From: Clostridiales bacterium
GTDB lineage: Bacteria; Bacillota; Clostridia; Oscillospirales; Acutalibacteraceae
NCBI GenBank assembly: GCA_012839705.1
Contig: DUMT01000056.1
Coordinates: forward strand, 1 to 52,095
Length of the DNA: 52,095 bases
Direction of reading: 5' to 3'
Of this stretch, positions 1 through 10,129 are shown one piece after another. The notes below the pieces were generated by a model. The model saw nothing but the letters and a program-made list of their open reading frames with translations. It was not told where the DNA came from and did no database searches. The first letter of the stretch is position 1, and each line of letters opens with the position of its first letter. A program made the position numbers and the translations under genes.

Positions 1-99
1 ATTTTTGCGGGAGGGGTTGTGGCTGCCCTGCTTTGCGATTTGGCGCTCAGAAAAAACAAAACCGAAGAACCCACCGACGAACAGGATAAAAAAGATTAA
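1..99 (+). CDS. 3' end of an unidentified CDS (last 32 codons); the start lies upstream of the window
   Basis: Frame 1 is open from base 1 to TAA at 97-99 (IFAGGVVAALLCDLALRKNKTEEPTDEQDKKD*). The sequence is hydrophobic, then a charged tail, and a strong hairpin terminator follows directly. Confidence 0.3.
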   Translation: MFAGGVVAALLCDLALRKNKTEEPTDEQDKKD

Positions 100-103
100 A
101 AAA

Positions 104-130
104 CAGGCTGCAATCTGCAGCCTGTTTTTT
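104..130. terminator. Bidirectional rho-independent terminator
   Basis: Perfect 9-bp stem CAGGCTGCA (104-112) / TGCAGCCTG (116-124) with a 3-nt loop. An A-run lies upstream and T6 (125-130) downstream. It sits between two convergent gene ends. Confidence 0.8.
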
Positions 131-142
131 ATGTATCAGTGT

Positions 143-1228
143 TTATTTAAAGTATACAGCCTCTCCGGTCTTGGCTGAAACATAAATAGCCTCAAGAATC
201 TGGGATACTACATAAGCCTGTTCGGGAAGAACCAGTGGCTGGGTATCATTCAGGATGGAGTCAATCCACATGGAGGTCTCCAGGTCTCCAGGGCTCATGT
301 CGCCGCTTCCTGCATAGAAATCAACGCCGCCTGCTTTCAGGTCGGGAATAATGGTAACCTGCCTGTTCAGGTCAACGGTGTTGATCCTGAGGCCGTCCAC
401 CATATCAGCGCCGCCCCTGGTACCGCAAAGGGTGGTCTTTGCCTCCCTGACATCCAGGGTATTGAGTGCCCAGCTGGATTCGAGGGAAATTGCCGCGCCG
501 TTTTCCATTACAATAAACCCGAATGCGGAATCCTCAACGGTAAACTGTGCGGGATCCCAGTCGCCCCAGGCGTTTGCCGTCTGGGTCTGGTTGTTGAGCT
601 TTTTAAATGCCTGGCCAAGCACTGCCTTGGGTTTGTAGTTGTCCATCATCCACAGGGTCAGGTCAAGGGCATGGGTGCCGATATCAATCAGCGGGCCGCC
701 ACCCTGCTCGTATTCGTTCAGGAACACGCCCCATGTGGGAACCGCACGGCGGCGGATAGCGTGGGCTTTTCCATAATAAATCTCGCCCAGATCGCCGCGA
801 TCAACATATTTCTTAAGCAGCAGGCTGTCAGGACGGAAACGGTTTTGATAGCCGATAGTCAGCTTTTTGCCGGTTTTCTTTGCGGTGTCCAGCATAAGCT
901 TTGCATCGGCAGCGGTTTTCGCCATGGGCTTTTCGCACATAACGTGCTTTCCGGCCTCCAGAGCCGCAACTGTAATCTCGCAATGGCTCCTGTTGGGTGT
1001 GCAGACGTGGACAACGTCAATGCTCTTGTCCTCCAGAAGCTGCCTGTAATCGGTATAAACCTTTGCGTCAGGCGTACCATATTTCTGGGCGGCTTGCCGA
1101 GCCTTCTCCTCAACAATGTCACAGAAAGCAACCATTTCCACCCTGTGGGATTGCTTCGCCAGGGCGGGCATATGCTTGCCGTTTGCAATGCCGCCGCAGC
1201 CAATAATACCAACTTTTAATTTGGCCAT
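143..1228 (-). CDS. Gfo/Idh/MocA family NAD(P)-dependent oxidoreductase
   Basis: N-terminal Rossmann motif KVGIIGCGGIANGKH and family-typical length. The ORF opens at 1237, but the ATG at 1228 (MAKLKVG) has AAAGGA about 9 nt upstream. Confidence 0.85.
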   Translation of the reverse strand: MAKLKVGIIGCGGIANGKHMPALAKQSHRVEMVAFCDIVEEKARQAAQKYGTPDAKVYTDYRQLLEDKSIDVVHVCTPNRSHCEITVAALEAGKHVMCEKPMAKTAADAKLMLDTAKKTGKKLTIGYQNRFRPDSLLLKKYVDRGDLGEIYYGKAHAIRRRAVPTWGVFLNEYEQGGGPLIDIGTHALDLTLWMMDNYKPKAVLGQAFKKLNNQTQTANAWGDWDPAQFTVEDSAFGFIVMENGAAISLESSWALNTLDVREAKTTLCGTRGGADMVDGLRINTVDLNRQVTIIPDLKAGGVDFYAGSGDMSPGDLETSMWIDSILNDTQPLVLPEQAYVVSQILEAIYVSAKTGEAVYFK

Positions 1229-1358
1229 ATTTACCATCCTTTCTAATGCGGAACATTTTTGGCGTGCAAATATCCATATAATAACTATAAATAATCATAC
1301 AAACTTTTGTAAAGGATGGCAATCAATTATTTTACTGAATTTTTAAACTTTTATAAAA

Positions 1359-2072
1359 TCAGCCAAGCCCCAGAATATCCCGGATAATCTGTCCGGCAAT
1401 AATCAGCCCGGCGGTGGAAGGCACAAAGGAAATGCTGCCGGGGACCTGCTTTCTTTCATTCGGCGCTTCATCGCTTTTTTCAGGCTTTAAGGGCGGCTCC
1501 TTTGAATACACTACCTTCAACTTTTTTATCCCCCGCTTGCGCAGCTCATACCTCATGACCCTCGCAAGAGGGCAAACCGATGTTTTGTAAATATCCGCCA
1601 CTTCAAATTTTGTGGGGTCCAGCTTGTTCCCCGCCCCCATACTGCTAATGATAGGCACCCCCGCAGCCGTCGCGTGTTCAATAAGCACAAGCTTTGAGGA
1701 TATGGTATCCATGGCATCGGCTATATAGGACAGGGAGGAATAATCAAACTCATCCGCATTATCCTTGGTATAAAAAACGGGATGGGTTTCAACCACCGCT
1801 TCCGGATTTATATCCAAAATCCTTTCCTTCATGACATCGACTTTATAACGCCCGATGGTGCTGTGTGTGGCAATAAGCTGGCGGTTAAGGTTGGACAGGG
1901 CAACCGTATCCCGGTCCACCAGCACCAGCCTTCCTACGCCGCTGCGTGCAAGGGCCTCCGCCACAAAGGAGCCTACCCCGCCAACGCCAAACACGGCAAC
2001 CGAGGCATTTTTTAATTTTTCCAATCCTTCATCGCCTATCAGCAGTTTTGTACGGACAAATTCACCTGACAT
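1359..2072 (-). CDS. tcdA: tRNA threonylcarbamoyladenosine dehydratase (ThiF/HesA family, TcdA/CsdL-like)
   Basis: Has VFGVGGVGSFVAEALARSGVGRLVLVDRD...LNRQ and is 237 aa, typical of TcdA-type E1-like proteins. Confidence 0.75.
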   Translation of the reverse strand: MSGEFVRTKLLIGDEGLEKLKNASVAVFGVGGVGSFVAEALARSGVGRLVLVDRDTVALSNLNRQLIATHSTIGRYKVDVMKERILDINPEAVVETHPVFYTKDNADEFDYSSLSYIADAMDTISSKLVLIEHATAAGVPIISSMGAGNKLDPTKFEVADIYKTSVCPLARVMRYELRKRGIKKLKVVYSKEPPLKPEKSDEAPNERKQVPGSISFVPSTAGLIIAGQIIRDILGLG

Positions 2073-2089
2073 TAAGTTTAGCCTTCCTT

Positions 2090-3340
2090 TTATTTCAGAT
2101 TCTGCTCCTTAAGAAGCTTTAAGTCATGCCCCGACGGGTTCTGGAAGATACGCAGCCCGAAATAGCCCACCACAGAAAAAATATGGTCGAATATATCGGA
2201 CTGGATGTTTTCATAAACCGCCCAGTCGGCAGTATTCGCGAATGCGTATATCTCCAAAGGCAGCCCGTTGGCTTCCTGCGGAAGCTGCCGGACAATCCTT
2301 GTCATATCCTGCCGTATGCCGGGATGGTTTTTAAGGTAATTCTGGATATACACCCTGAAAACCCCGATATTCGTCATCCTCCTGGCATTTACTGAGCTTT
2401 CAGGGTCAAGCCCGTGGCTTTTATTGTATTCGTCAATCTCAGCCTGTCGGGTTTCGATATAATCTTTTAGCAAAGTGCTGGATTTAAGCCTTTCAAGCAT
2501 TTCCGGAGTACAGAAGGAAATGCTGTTCACGTCGATGTAAACCGGCCTCATAATCCGCCGCGCCCCGATATTCTGCATCCCGCGCCAGTTTTTAAAGGAA
2601 TCGGAGATAAGGGCATAGGCGGGGATTGTGGTGATGGTCTTGTCGGAATTTAAAACCTTTACGGTGTTAAGGGATATTTCAATTATCTCCCCGTTTGCGT
2701 CGTATTTGGGCATTTCAATCCAGTCGCCAATACGTATCATGTCGTTGGAAGTAAGCTGGATTCCCGCCACAAACCCCAGAAGGGAATCCTTAAACACCAG
2801 GGAGAAAACCGCCGTCAGGGCGCCGATACCTCCAAGCAGTACAACAGGGTCCTGCCCCATCAAATCCGCCACTATTACAATCCCGCCGACAATAAAGCAG
2901 GCGATTTTCACTACCTGCAAAAAACCCTTTATCGGGCGGGTTTTGGATATCTCATACCTTCTGTAAATCTTGTCAATGGCGTCCAGCAGCGAATCGATTA
3001 CCAAAAGCAAAACCAGGGTGAAATATATTACAACGCCCTTTTGCACGAACCTGGAATAAGGGCCGAAGTCTTCAGAGAAAAACTTAATTATCGCCACCGG
3101 GACAATATGGGCAAGCCTTCTGAGCACCCCGCTTTCAACAAGCACGTCGTCCCATGTGATTTTGTTGTTTTTTACCCTCTTTGCTGCAAACTTCAAAACA
3201 ACTTTTCTGGTAAGCATGGTTGCTAAAACGCAAACCACCAGGATAATTATACCGAAAACAATATAGGCAATATGTTCCGCCAGTTCGCCGTTAAATCCAG
3301 CGCCGTCAAGCCAACTGCGAATCGTCTTGATTTTTACCAT
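2090..3340 (-). CDS. Mechanosensitive ion channel family protein (MscS-like)
   Basis: N-terminal TM helices followed by the MscS beta-domain signature (GDWIEMPKYDANGEIIEISLNTVKVLNSDKTITTIP). The ORF opens at 3433. The ATG at 3340 (MVKIK) was chosen, so the start is uncertain and overlaps the upstream gene end. Confidence 0.8.
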   Translation of the reverse strand: MVKIKTIRSWLDGAGFNGELAEHIAYIVFGIIILVVCVLATMLTRKVVLKFAAKRVKNNKITWDDVLVESGVLRRLAHIVPVAIIKFFSEDFGPYSRFVQKGVVIYFTLVLLLVIDSLLDAIDKIYRRYEISKTRPIKGFLQVVKIACFIVGGIVIVADLMGQDPVVLLGGIGALTAVFSLVFKDSLLGFVAGIQLTSNDMIRIGDWIEMPKYDANGEIIEISLNTVKVLNSDKTITTIPAYALISDSFKNWRGMQNIGARRIMRPVYIDVNSISFCTPEMLERLKSSTLLKDYIETRQAEIDEYNKSHGLDPESSVNARRMTNIGVFRVYIQNYLKNHPGIRQDMTRIVRQLPQEANGLPLEIYAFANTADWAVYENIQSDIFDHIFSVVGYFGLRIFQNPSGHDLKLLKEQNLK

Positions 3341-3968
3341 CCCTTTCGCAATCCTTCGCAGCCTCCCAAAGATAGAGGGAAGCCACCGTACCATATGGCG
3401 AGTACCTTTTCCTGTAAAACTCGAACTGTTCACGGGTCAGCCCGTTTAAGTCATAGACCTTCATCATGCCGCGCCTGATACCTAAATCCCCGAAACTTAC
3501 CACGTCCATTCTTCCCATGGAGAAAATCAGCAGCATTTCTGCCGTCCACCTGCCGATTCCGGGAAGCTTGACAAGTTCCTGCACTACTTCCTCATCCGAA
3601 AGCCCTTTAAGGCTGCCCAGATTGATTTTCCCCTCAAAAACAGCGCCGGCTACCTGCTTAATATACCCGGCTTTCCGCTCTGATATGCCGCAGCTCCTAA
3701 GCCTTTCTGTATCCGCTCCGGCAACAAGGGCAGGGGTAACCTCCCCTAAAAGGGATGTAAGCTTTGCCATTATGGTATCGGCGGCTTTAGGGGATATCTG
3801 CTGGCCGATTATACTAAAAATAAGGGCGGTAAACAGGTCCGGGATTAACTCCCGCCGGATATATCCGTATCTCTCTATAACCTCTGCAAGCCTGCTGTCC
3901 CTGCTTTTAAGATAATTTATCTCTTTTTCCCCGTAACTAAAATACTTCTTATTAAAAGTTCCCATCAT
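3306..3968 (-). CDS. DNA-3-methyladenine glycosylase II-like, HhH-GPD superfamily (AlkA-like)
   Basis: Helix-hairpin-helix plus Gly/Pro..Asp region (LVKLPGIGRWTAEMLLIFSMGRMDVVSFGDLGIRRG). The track start at 3998 is TTG. ATG ATG at 3968/3965 is preceded by GGAGAGA. Confidence 0.75.
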   Translation of the reverse strand: MMGTFNKKYFSYGEKEINYLKSRDSRLAEVIERYGYIRRELIPDLFTALIFSIIGQQISPKAADTIMAKLTSLLGEVTPALVAGADTERLRSCGISERKAGYIKQVAGAVFEGKINLGSLKGLSDEEVVQELVKLPGIGRWTAEMLLIFSMGRMDVVSFGDLGIRRGMMKVYDLNGLTREQFEFYRKRYSPYGTVASLYLWEAAKDCERDGKNQDDSQLA

Positions 3969-3994
3969 TCTCTCCAACCGATAAAACCAAGGAT

Positions 3995-5278
3995 TCAAAC
4001 AGCGTTAGCATTGAGTTTATCATCTTCAAAGAAGCTCTCATAGTCAGCGACAGCCTCCTGCTGCGACTTGTGGCACAAATCAACGAACAGGTCGATGTTA
4101 TTTATCAGCGTGTCCACGACAACCCCGCAAACCTCGCCGGCTTCCACCAAAACCCTGAATATGCTCTTTACCTGCTCCCTGTCAACACCGCTTCTGTAAG
4201 GGCGGTGTTCGGTAACGGCGGTGAAAATATCCGCCACAGTCATAATCCTGGAGCCCAAAGGAATCTGGTCAGCCGTAAGGTGGAAGGGGTAGCCCTTGCC
4301 ATTAAGCTTTTCGTGATGGAAGGAAGCCCACTGGTTGATGGTGGCGAAACCATCTATGCCGCTGAGCAGCTTGTAGGTGTAAAAAGTATGTTCACGTATC
4401 ACATTGTATTCGCTGGCAGTAAGCTTACCCGGCTTTTCCAGAATGGAATTCTTAATAGCCAGCTTGCCTAGGTCATGAAAATACCCGGCAATAAGCATCA
4501 TCTTGCACTCTTCCCCGGACATGCCCGAAAGCTCCGCCAGCTTTTCGGCGACACGGGCAACGCCTACCGAATGGGTGGCGGTAAAGCGGCTTCTGAAATC
4601 TATGACATGGGAGATAACTTTTGCAAGCTCCAAAACCTCGTCAAGGGAAAGTTCCCCAAGGTCAACTACTTCCTGGGGCAGGAAATTCATCGGCGACTTG
4701 TCGGTCATCTCCAGCCATATATACTCTTTCTTTGCAAGCTCGGCGAGGACTTCAATCAGCATGGGCGAATACAGCGAATTGGCGCTTTTATAAAAGTAGT
4801 CAATCATTTTTGAAGACCTGGATATTACGTTGATCGGGCTGCCAATGTATACGCTGACCCTGTCAGCCAAATGGAGTATATGGCTGTTCAGCGGTACCGG
4901 GTTGCCGCCAAATTCCCTGCCGCGCCCATAATCCCACGGAAGATGATGGTACCTGATTGCCTCCGCCATACCTGCAAAGGTGCTGCATTTTGAAAGCAGC
5001 TTTGCCCCGCGGAAGGCGTGGCTGTTCACGGTTATCGGCTCTTCTTCAAGCAGGGAAAGCCTTTCATCCACTGACAAGGCACCAATATCATGGACAAGCC
5101 CCTGCGTCATCACAGTCCGGCACTCCTGGACAGATAATCCAAGCTCGCTGGCAATGCGGTATGAAAGATATGCCACCTTATGGTGATGGCTGTTCAGTTC
5201 CGGGGAAATCAGGTCCACCGCGTCTGATATACCCAATAAAATCTGATATAATTTATACTTTTTCGAATATTTTAACAT
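3995..5278 (-). CDS. Tandem HD / HD-GYP domain protein (putative cyclic-di-GMP phosphodiesterase); no sensor or receiver domain
   Basis: The C-terminal half has H..HDLGK ... HHEKLNGKGYP (HD-GYP signature). The N-terminal half has HH..HDIGA ... HHLPWDYGRG (an HD fold with a degenerate GYP). The ATG has GAGGAAG upstream. Confidence 0.8.
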   Translation of the reverse strand: MLKYSKKYKLYQILLGISDAVDLISPELNSHHHKVAYLSYRIASELGLSVQECRTVMTQGLVHDIGALSVDERLSLLEEEPITVNSHAFRGAKLLSKCSTFAGMAEAIRYHHLPWDYGRGREFGGNPVPLNSHILHLADRVSVYIGSPINVISRSSKMIDYFYKSANSLYSPMLIEVLAELAKKEYIWLEMTDKSPMNFLPQEVVDLGELSLDEVLELAKVISHVIDFRSRFTATHSVGVARVAEKLAELSGMSGEECKMMLIAGYFHDLGKLAIKNSILEKPGKLTASEYNVIREHTFYTYKLLSGIDGFATINQWASFHHEKLNGKGYPFHLTADQIPLGSRIMTVADIFTAVTEHRPYRSGVDREQVKSIFRVLVEAGEVCGVVVDTLINNIDLFVDLCHKSQQEAVADYESFFEDDKLNANAV

Positions 5279-5287
5279 TTTGCTTCC

Positions 5288-5956
5288 TCAACCTTCCAAA
5301 ATTCCTTCCCATCTGAAATGTCCCAATATCTCGTTCAGCAAAAGTGCATCTTCTTCCCTTTTCGGCCTTGGGCTTAAATGAAGTATATAGGGAATGCCGC
5401 TTTTTCCCCGTTTGTCGGAAACAATTGCAATATCCCCGTCAAACACAACGATATCCCCCGGCTGCCACTGCTCAATCTGATAAGGGTCCAGGGTAAGGGA
5501 TTTGGCTTTCCTCTTAAAGAAAACCAGCAGATTCCTTACTCTCCTGAAATCAACATTTGGGTCGGGTTTGCCGTTCACAGCGGGATAAGCCCCCGGGTTT
5601 TCGGCTATGTCCTTGTCTATCATTTCCTTCAGCGGATAGCCAGCCCCCTCAAACGCCTTCCAGATTAAATCGGCGCCCATGCCCACCCCTTCGGGAGGGT
5701 AACCGCTGTCGTAAAACTCGAATTTATATTCAGGCTTTAAGCCCAGGTATTCCCTGGCGCTGAGCATTAAATCTGTATAATCGTCAATTCCGTCGTTATC
5801 GGCATCGTTTAAACTCTTAACAGTGTCAATCCCAAAATCTTTCGCAGAGTATATTTTGCGGGGCAGCAAATCAAAATAATACATCGGATACAAAACTGCA
5901 CTGATAGCCGCCAATACAGCGGATATTATACAAACTGCTGCCAATATTTTTTTCAA
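5288..5956 (-). CDS. DUF1287 domain-containing membrane-anchored protein
   Basis: N-terminal TM helix, then the DUF1287-like core (PDPNVDFRRVRNLLVFFKRKAKSL...WQPGDIVVFDGDIAIVSDK). Confidence 0.7.
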   Translation of the reverse strand: MKKILAAVCIISAVLAAISAVLYPMYYFDLLPRKIYSAKDFGIDTVKSLNDADNDGIDDYTDLMLSAREYLGLKPEYKFEFYDSGYPPEGVGMGADLIWKAFEGAGYPLKEMIDKDIAENPGAYPAVNGKPDPNVDFRRVRNLLVFFKRKAKSLTLDPYQIEQWQPGDIVVFDGDIAIVSDKRGKSGIPYILHLSPRPKREEDALLLNEILGHFRWEGILEG

Positions 5957-6182
5957 AACACATCACCTGCCCGCCATGTAAATCATCAAATAACCATAAT
6001 TCATCAAAAATTATCATAATTCACCATCAGCAACACGTTTGTAACGATTTAAATAGCTAAAACGCTCGTTTTATTTTACATTTTACAATATTTTTTGCGA
6101 TTTGTGAACCTATAAACAAATAATAAAACCAGGATTTATTGGTAATAATAAAACAACCAAATTACGGAAGGTGCATTCTGAT

Positions 6183-7799
6183 ATGTTCAGATACATTTAT
6201 AACAAACTCAAATACTCGGGATTTTTGAAAACCATGTCCAATGCCGGCGAACAGGAGCTTATTGAAAGCAAAGACGATATTGAGTTAAAAACCATTACCG
6301 GAAGCCTGCAATCCGACCTTGAGCTTATCAGAGAGGTAATGGGTACAAGCCCGGACATAAAAATCCACGAATTCCGTTATGGCGAAAACTGCGAATTCAA
6401 AGGCGCCATCATTTTTGTGGACGGCCTGGTCAGCAACGAAATAATTACCGACAGCATATTAAAACCATTAAAACTGTACAGGAATTTTAACAATTACCAG
6501 CAGGATTCAATCCAGCAAACCCTCGACACGGTAAAGCAGACCATCATCTGCGCCGGTGAAGTGACCGAAAAACACACCATCGGCGAGGTGGTGGAAAGCT
6601 GCCTGTCGGGCGATACCGTATTTATTTCCGACGGTTTTGACAAGGCGCTGGTAATAAGCACAAAAGGATGGGAAAAGCGCAGCATCAACGAGCCTCAGAC
6701 CGAATCTGTGGTAAGAGGCCCCCGGGAAGGCTTTACCGAAAACTTCAGGACAAACACCGCACTCTTAAGGCGAAGGATAAAAAGCCCCAAACTGAGGTTG
6801 GACCACTTAACCATCGGAGAAAAAACAGTAACCAACGTATGCGTGGCATATATCGAAGGTGTTGCCGACCCGGGTATAGTTGAAACGGTAAAAGCAAGGC
6901 TGAAATCCATCAATACCGATTCAATCATTGATTCGGGGTATATTGAGCAGTTTATCGAGGACCACCCGTTTTCAATATTCCCGACAATAGGGTACAGCGA
7001 AAAGCCGGACGTTATAGCCGGAAGGATTCTGGAAGGAAGGGTTGCAATTATCTCGGACGGCTCCCCGTTTGTCCTTACCGTCCCAATGCTTTTTGTGGAG
7101 AGCTTCCAGTCCGCTGAGGACTACTACATCCGCCCGTTTTTCGCAAGCTTAATCCGGGTACTCAGATATGTGGCATTCTTCCTCACTGTAACTGCCCCTG
7201 CGATTTTTATCGCCCTAACCACCTTTCATCAGGAATTAATCCCCACTACCCTGCTGTTCACCATTTCCGCAGCCAGGGAGGGAACACCCTTCCCCGCGTT
7301 TTTAGAGGCATTCATCCTGGTCATGTCCTTTGAGATACTGCGGGAAGCGGGGGTACGGCTGCCAAGGCCTGTTGGACAGGCTATCAGCATAGTCGGGGCG
7401 CTGATAATGGGCGAAGCGGCGGTTGCGGCAGGCCTTGTAGGGGCGCCAATGGTAATCACCATAGCCCTGACGGCGGTGGCGGGCTTTGTAGTGCCGGAAC
7501 AGATGGACTCCGCTGCGATAATGAGAATAATCCTGCTTTTACTGGCGTCAATTCTGGGAGCGCTGGGCATTGCCCTTGGGCTGCTGGGGATATTGAACCA
7601 CATAGCTTCAATAAAATCCTTTGGCATACCCTACTGCACTTCATTGACATTCCACCACAATATGCAGGACAGCTATATCAGGATGCCTTTGTGGTCAATG
7701 TCAAAACGGCCCAAAGGGATTGCGAGCAAGGATATCACACGCACCAACATGGAAATCCCACCCTCACCCATATATGCCAATATTCCGGACAATAAGTAA
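6183..7799 (+). CDS. Spore germination protein, GerA-family receptor A subunit
   Basis: Typical GerA/GerKA sequence (VRGPREGFTENFRTNTALLRRRI..., C-terminal TM bundle). The track start at 6171 is GTG. The ATG at 6183 was chosen, so the start is uncertain. Confidence 0.85.
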   Translation: MFRYIYNKLKYSGFLKTMSNAGEQELIESKDDIELKTITGSLQSDLELIREVMGTSPDIKIHEFRYGENCEFKGAIIFVDGLVSNEIITDSILKPLKLYRNFNNYQQDSIQQTLDTVKQTIICAGEVTEKHTIGEVVESCLSGDTVFISDGFDKALVISTKGWEKRSINEPQTESVVRGPREGFTENFRTNTALLRRRIKSPKLRLDHLTIGEKTVTNVCVAYIEGVADPGIVETVKARLKSINTDSIIDSGYIEQFIEDHPFSIFPTIGYSEKPDVIAGRILEGRVAIISDGSPFVLTVPMLFVESFQSAEDYYIRPFFASLIRVLRYVAFFLTVTAPAIFIALTTFHQELIPTTLLFTISAAREGTPFPAFLEAFILVMSFEILREAGVRLPRPVGQAISIVGALIMGEAAVAAGLVGAPMVITIALTAVAGFVVPEQMDSAAIMRIILLLLASILGALGIALGLLGILNHIASIKSFGIPYCTSLTFHHNMQDSYIRMPLWSMSKRPKGIASKDITRTNMEIPPSPIYANIPDNK

Positions 7800-7835
7800 T
7801 CCCTACACTTTCAGGCATTGAAAGGATGGAAGCAA

Positions 7836-9014
7836 ATGAAAAAAGCATTAAGGATAATAGCTGCCGCCATGCTAATCCTGTCGTCAGCACTTATTTCGGG
7901 CTGCTACGATATTGTCGAACTGGACACCATTTCAATCGTAACAGGATTAGGCATTGATAAGGCGGATGAAAATGGCAAAGTCCAACTCACCGTACAGGTT
8001 GGCAAGGCGGATGCTGTCGGAGGGGGCGGGCAGGAAGGCGGGGAAGCCAGCGAAAAGGCTTACCAGAACCTTGACTCAGTAGACCGCAACATTGTAGGGG
8101 CACTGGATAAACTTCTTCAGGACAACAGCAGGACCCTGTTCCTCCACCACAACCAGGTTGTGATATTCGGCGAATCCCATGCCAAAGAAGGCATATCCGA
8201 CGATATAGACGCCCTGATGCGCGACCTTCACTCCCACCTTAATGTTTTTGTCCTTATTTCGGAAACAAATACAAGCGAAATATTCAATGTAGAAATGGAG
8301 CTTGAAAAAATTCCATCCGTGGGAATAACCCGTATGATGAGAAACAAAACCGAGATTTCCGAAGCCTTTAGGGTAAAGATGCTGGAGCTTATATCAAAGC
8401 TTTCCGACGACCCCTGCACAGCGGTTCTGCCCATTATAAAACAGGTTAAGGAGCAGGACACCACAAGGCTTTCAATACAGGGATTGGCGGTAATCAAGGA
8501 TGGCAAAATGGTGGGAAAACTGACGGAAGACCAGGCAAAAGGGTATGCCTGGGCATTGGGGAAAATCAAAAGCGGCTATCTGCCAGTAAACACCGATAAA
8601 GGCACCGTCGAGCTGAGTATTAAGCCGCCCAGCCGCGAAATGAAGGTAAGCTTTGATAAAGAAGGAATCCCTAAAATAAAGATCGGCATAAAAGCAAGGT
8701 TTATTATAGGCCAGATCATAGGGTTTGACGGCCTTCAGCTCGAAGAAATTATTGAAATGATACAAAAAGAATCCGTAAATGCTGTGAAAGATATAATAAT
8801 TTCCTGTTTCAAGGAAACCCAGAGGTTAAATGCCGATATTTTCAGGTTTGGATGTTATTTAAACAAACACCACAATAAAAAATGGAAGAAAATTAAGGAT
8901 AAATGGGACCAGATTTACCCGAACCTCGAGCTTGAATTAACGGTGGAAACCCAAATTATCGATACGGGGAAAACCTCAAAATCTCCGAAAATGGTAGGAG
9001 GCAGATTAGCATGA
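7836..9014 (+). CDS. Ger(x)C family germinant-receptor lipoprotein (C subunit)
   Basis: Lipobox LISGC after a signal peptide (MKKALRIIAAAMLILSSALISGCYD) and GerC-like length. The ATG at 7836 follows AAAGGATGGAAG. Confidence 0.85.
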   Translation: MKKALRIIAAAMLILSSALISGCYDIVELDTISIVTGLGIDKADENGKVQLTVQVGKADAVGGGGQEGGEASEKAYQNLDSVDRNIVGALDKLLQDNSRTLFLHHNQVVIFGESHAKEGISDDIDALMRDLHSHLNVFVLISETNTSEIFNVEMELEKIPSVGITRMMRNKTEISEAFRVKMLELISKLSDDPCTAVLPIIKQVKEQDTTRLSIQGLAVIKDGKMVGKLTEDQAKGYAWALGKIKSGYLPVNTDKGTVELSIKPPSREMKVSFDKEGIPKIKIGIKARFIIGQIIGFDGLQLEEIIEMIQKESVNAVKDIIISCFKETQRLNADIFRFGCYLNKHHNKKWKKIKDKWDQIYPNLELELTVETQIIDTGKTSKSPKMVGGRLA

Positions 9015-10129
9015 CAATTGAAAACTCAAGAATATCTGCCGGTCAGTTCATGTTTTCAATAGCCTGTTTCCTTCACTCCTCCTCCCTCCTTACCTCCTTC
9101 TTTGTTATAATAACCAGAAACGAATCATGGATGCCGTTTGTAGCTTCGATAATTATCTGCATCCCGCTGATAGTTTCATATGTCCTGCTTTCAAAATCAT
9201 ATCCGGGCATGAACTTGATCCAGATAAACGAGGCCGTATTCGGGCGCGTAGCGGGAAAAATAGTTTCGGCATTGTATGTCTGGTTTTTCTTCACCCTGAC
9301 ATCGCTGAACATTCGGGACCTTGGCACCTTTGTAAATAAAACCACCATGGTTAAAACGCCGATTTCAATTATCATTATACTGTTTTTGCTGCTTTGCGTA
9401 TGGTCTTCATATTACGGGCTGGAAGTGGTCACCCGTTACAGCATTGTCTTCCTTATAATCTCCTGCGTGATTCTCTTTATATCAATAATCGCGGTTTATG
9501 ATTTGATTGAACTGGATAATTTCCTGCCCATGTTCGATATGCCCTTGAACAACTATGTTCAGGTATCCCACATTGCCAGCACCATCCCCTTTGGCGAAAC
9601 GGTAATCTTTTTAATGGTCACCCCGTATGTTGACAATGCCCCCAAAAATTTGATGCGCTATTTTCTGGGAGGTTTTTTGCTGGGCAGCATTCTTATCCTT
9701 ATAGTAATACTCAGGGATATCTCTGTACTGGGTAACACAATACAATACTTCTCGCTGCCATCCTTCGAGGTTTTCCGCCTGGGAACGCTCTTCCAGACAA
9801 TAAGCCATATGGAAATCATGTTTTCGATACTTTTAATAGTTTTGCTTTATTTTAAGATATCCGTCCTTTTTTACGTAACCATGCTGGCAATTGCGCAGCT
9901 ATTAAACATCAGGTCATACCGCCCTATATTGCTTCCCTGCGCCGCCCTGGTGGTGGTTTATGCATTTACAGCCTTTAAAGACGTTATAACCCACACAAAA
10001 ACCGCCCAGGAAACCACCCCGTTTTTCTGGACCTTATTCGAAATACTGCTGCCTGTTCTCACTCTGATTGTGTCTTTTGTTAAAAAGAAAGCCAAAAATA
10101 AGAACAACAGGAAGGCGGTATCAAAGTGA
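9011..10129 (+). CDS. GerA-family receptor B subunit (amino-acid-permease-like integral membrane protein)
   Basis: About 10 TM helices and a GerAB/GerKB-like N-terminus (RISAGQFMFSIACF). The start overlaps the C-subunit stop (ATGA). Confidence 0.85.
   Translation: MTIENSRISAGQFMFSIACFLHSSSLLTSFFVIITRNESWMPFVASIIICIPLIVSYVLLSKSYPGMNLIQINEAVFGRVAGKIVSALYVWFFFTLTSLNIRDLGTFVNKTTMVKTPISIIIILFLLLCVWSSYYGLEVVTRYSIVFLIISCVILFISIIAVYDLIELDNFLPMFDMPLNNYVQVSHIASTIPFGETVIFLMVTPYVDNAPKNLMRYFLGGFLLGSILILIVILRDISVLGNTIQYFSLPSFEVFRLGTLFQTISHMEIMFSILLIVLLYFKISVLFYVTMLAIAQLLNIRSYRPILLPCAALVVVYAFTAFKDVITHTKTAQETTPFFWTLFEILLPVLTLIVSFVKKKAKNKNNRKAVSK

Noticed and set aside
5957-6182. Search for a forespore sigma-G promoter (GHATR-17/18-CAHWHTA) upstream of the germinant receptor operon
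   Set aside because: Only loose AT-rich partial matches (for example CATAATT) were found, with no properly spaced -35. I could not support a call by eye.
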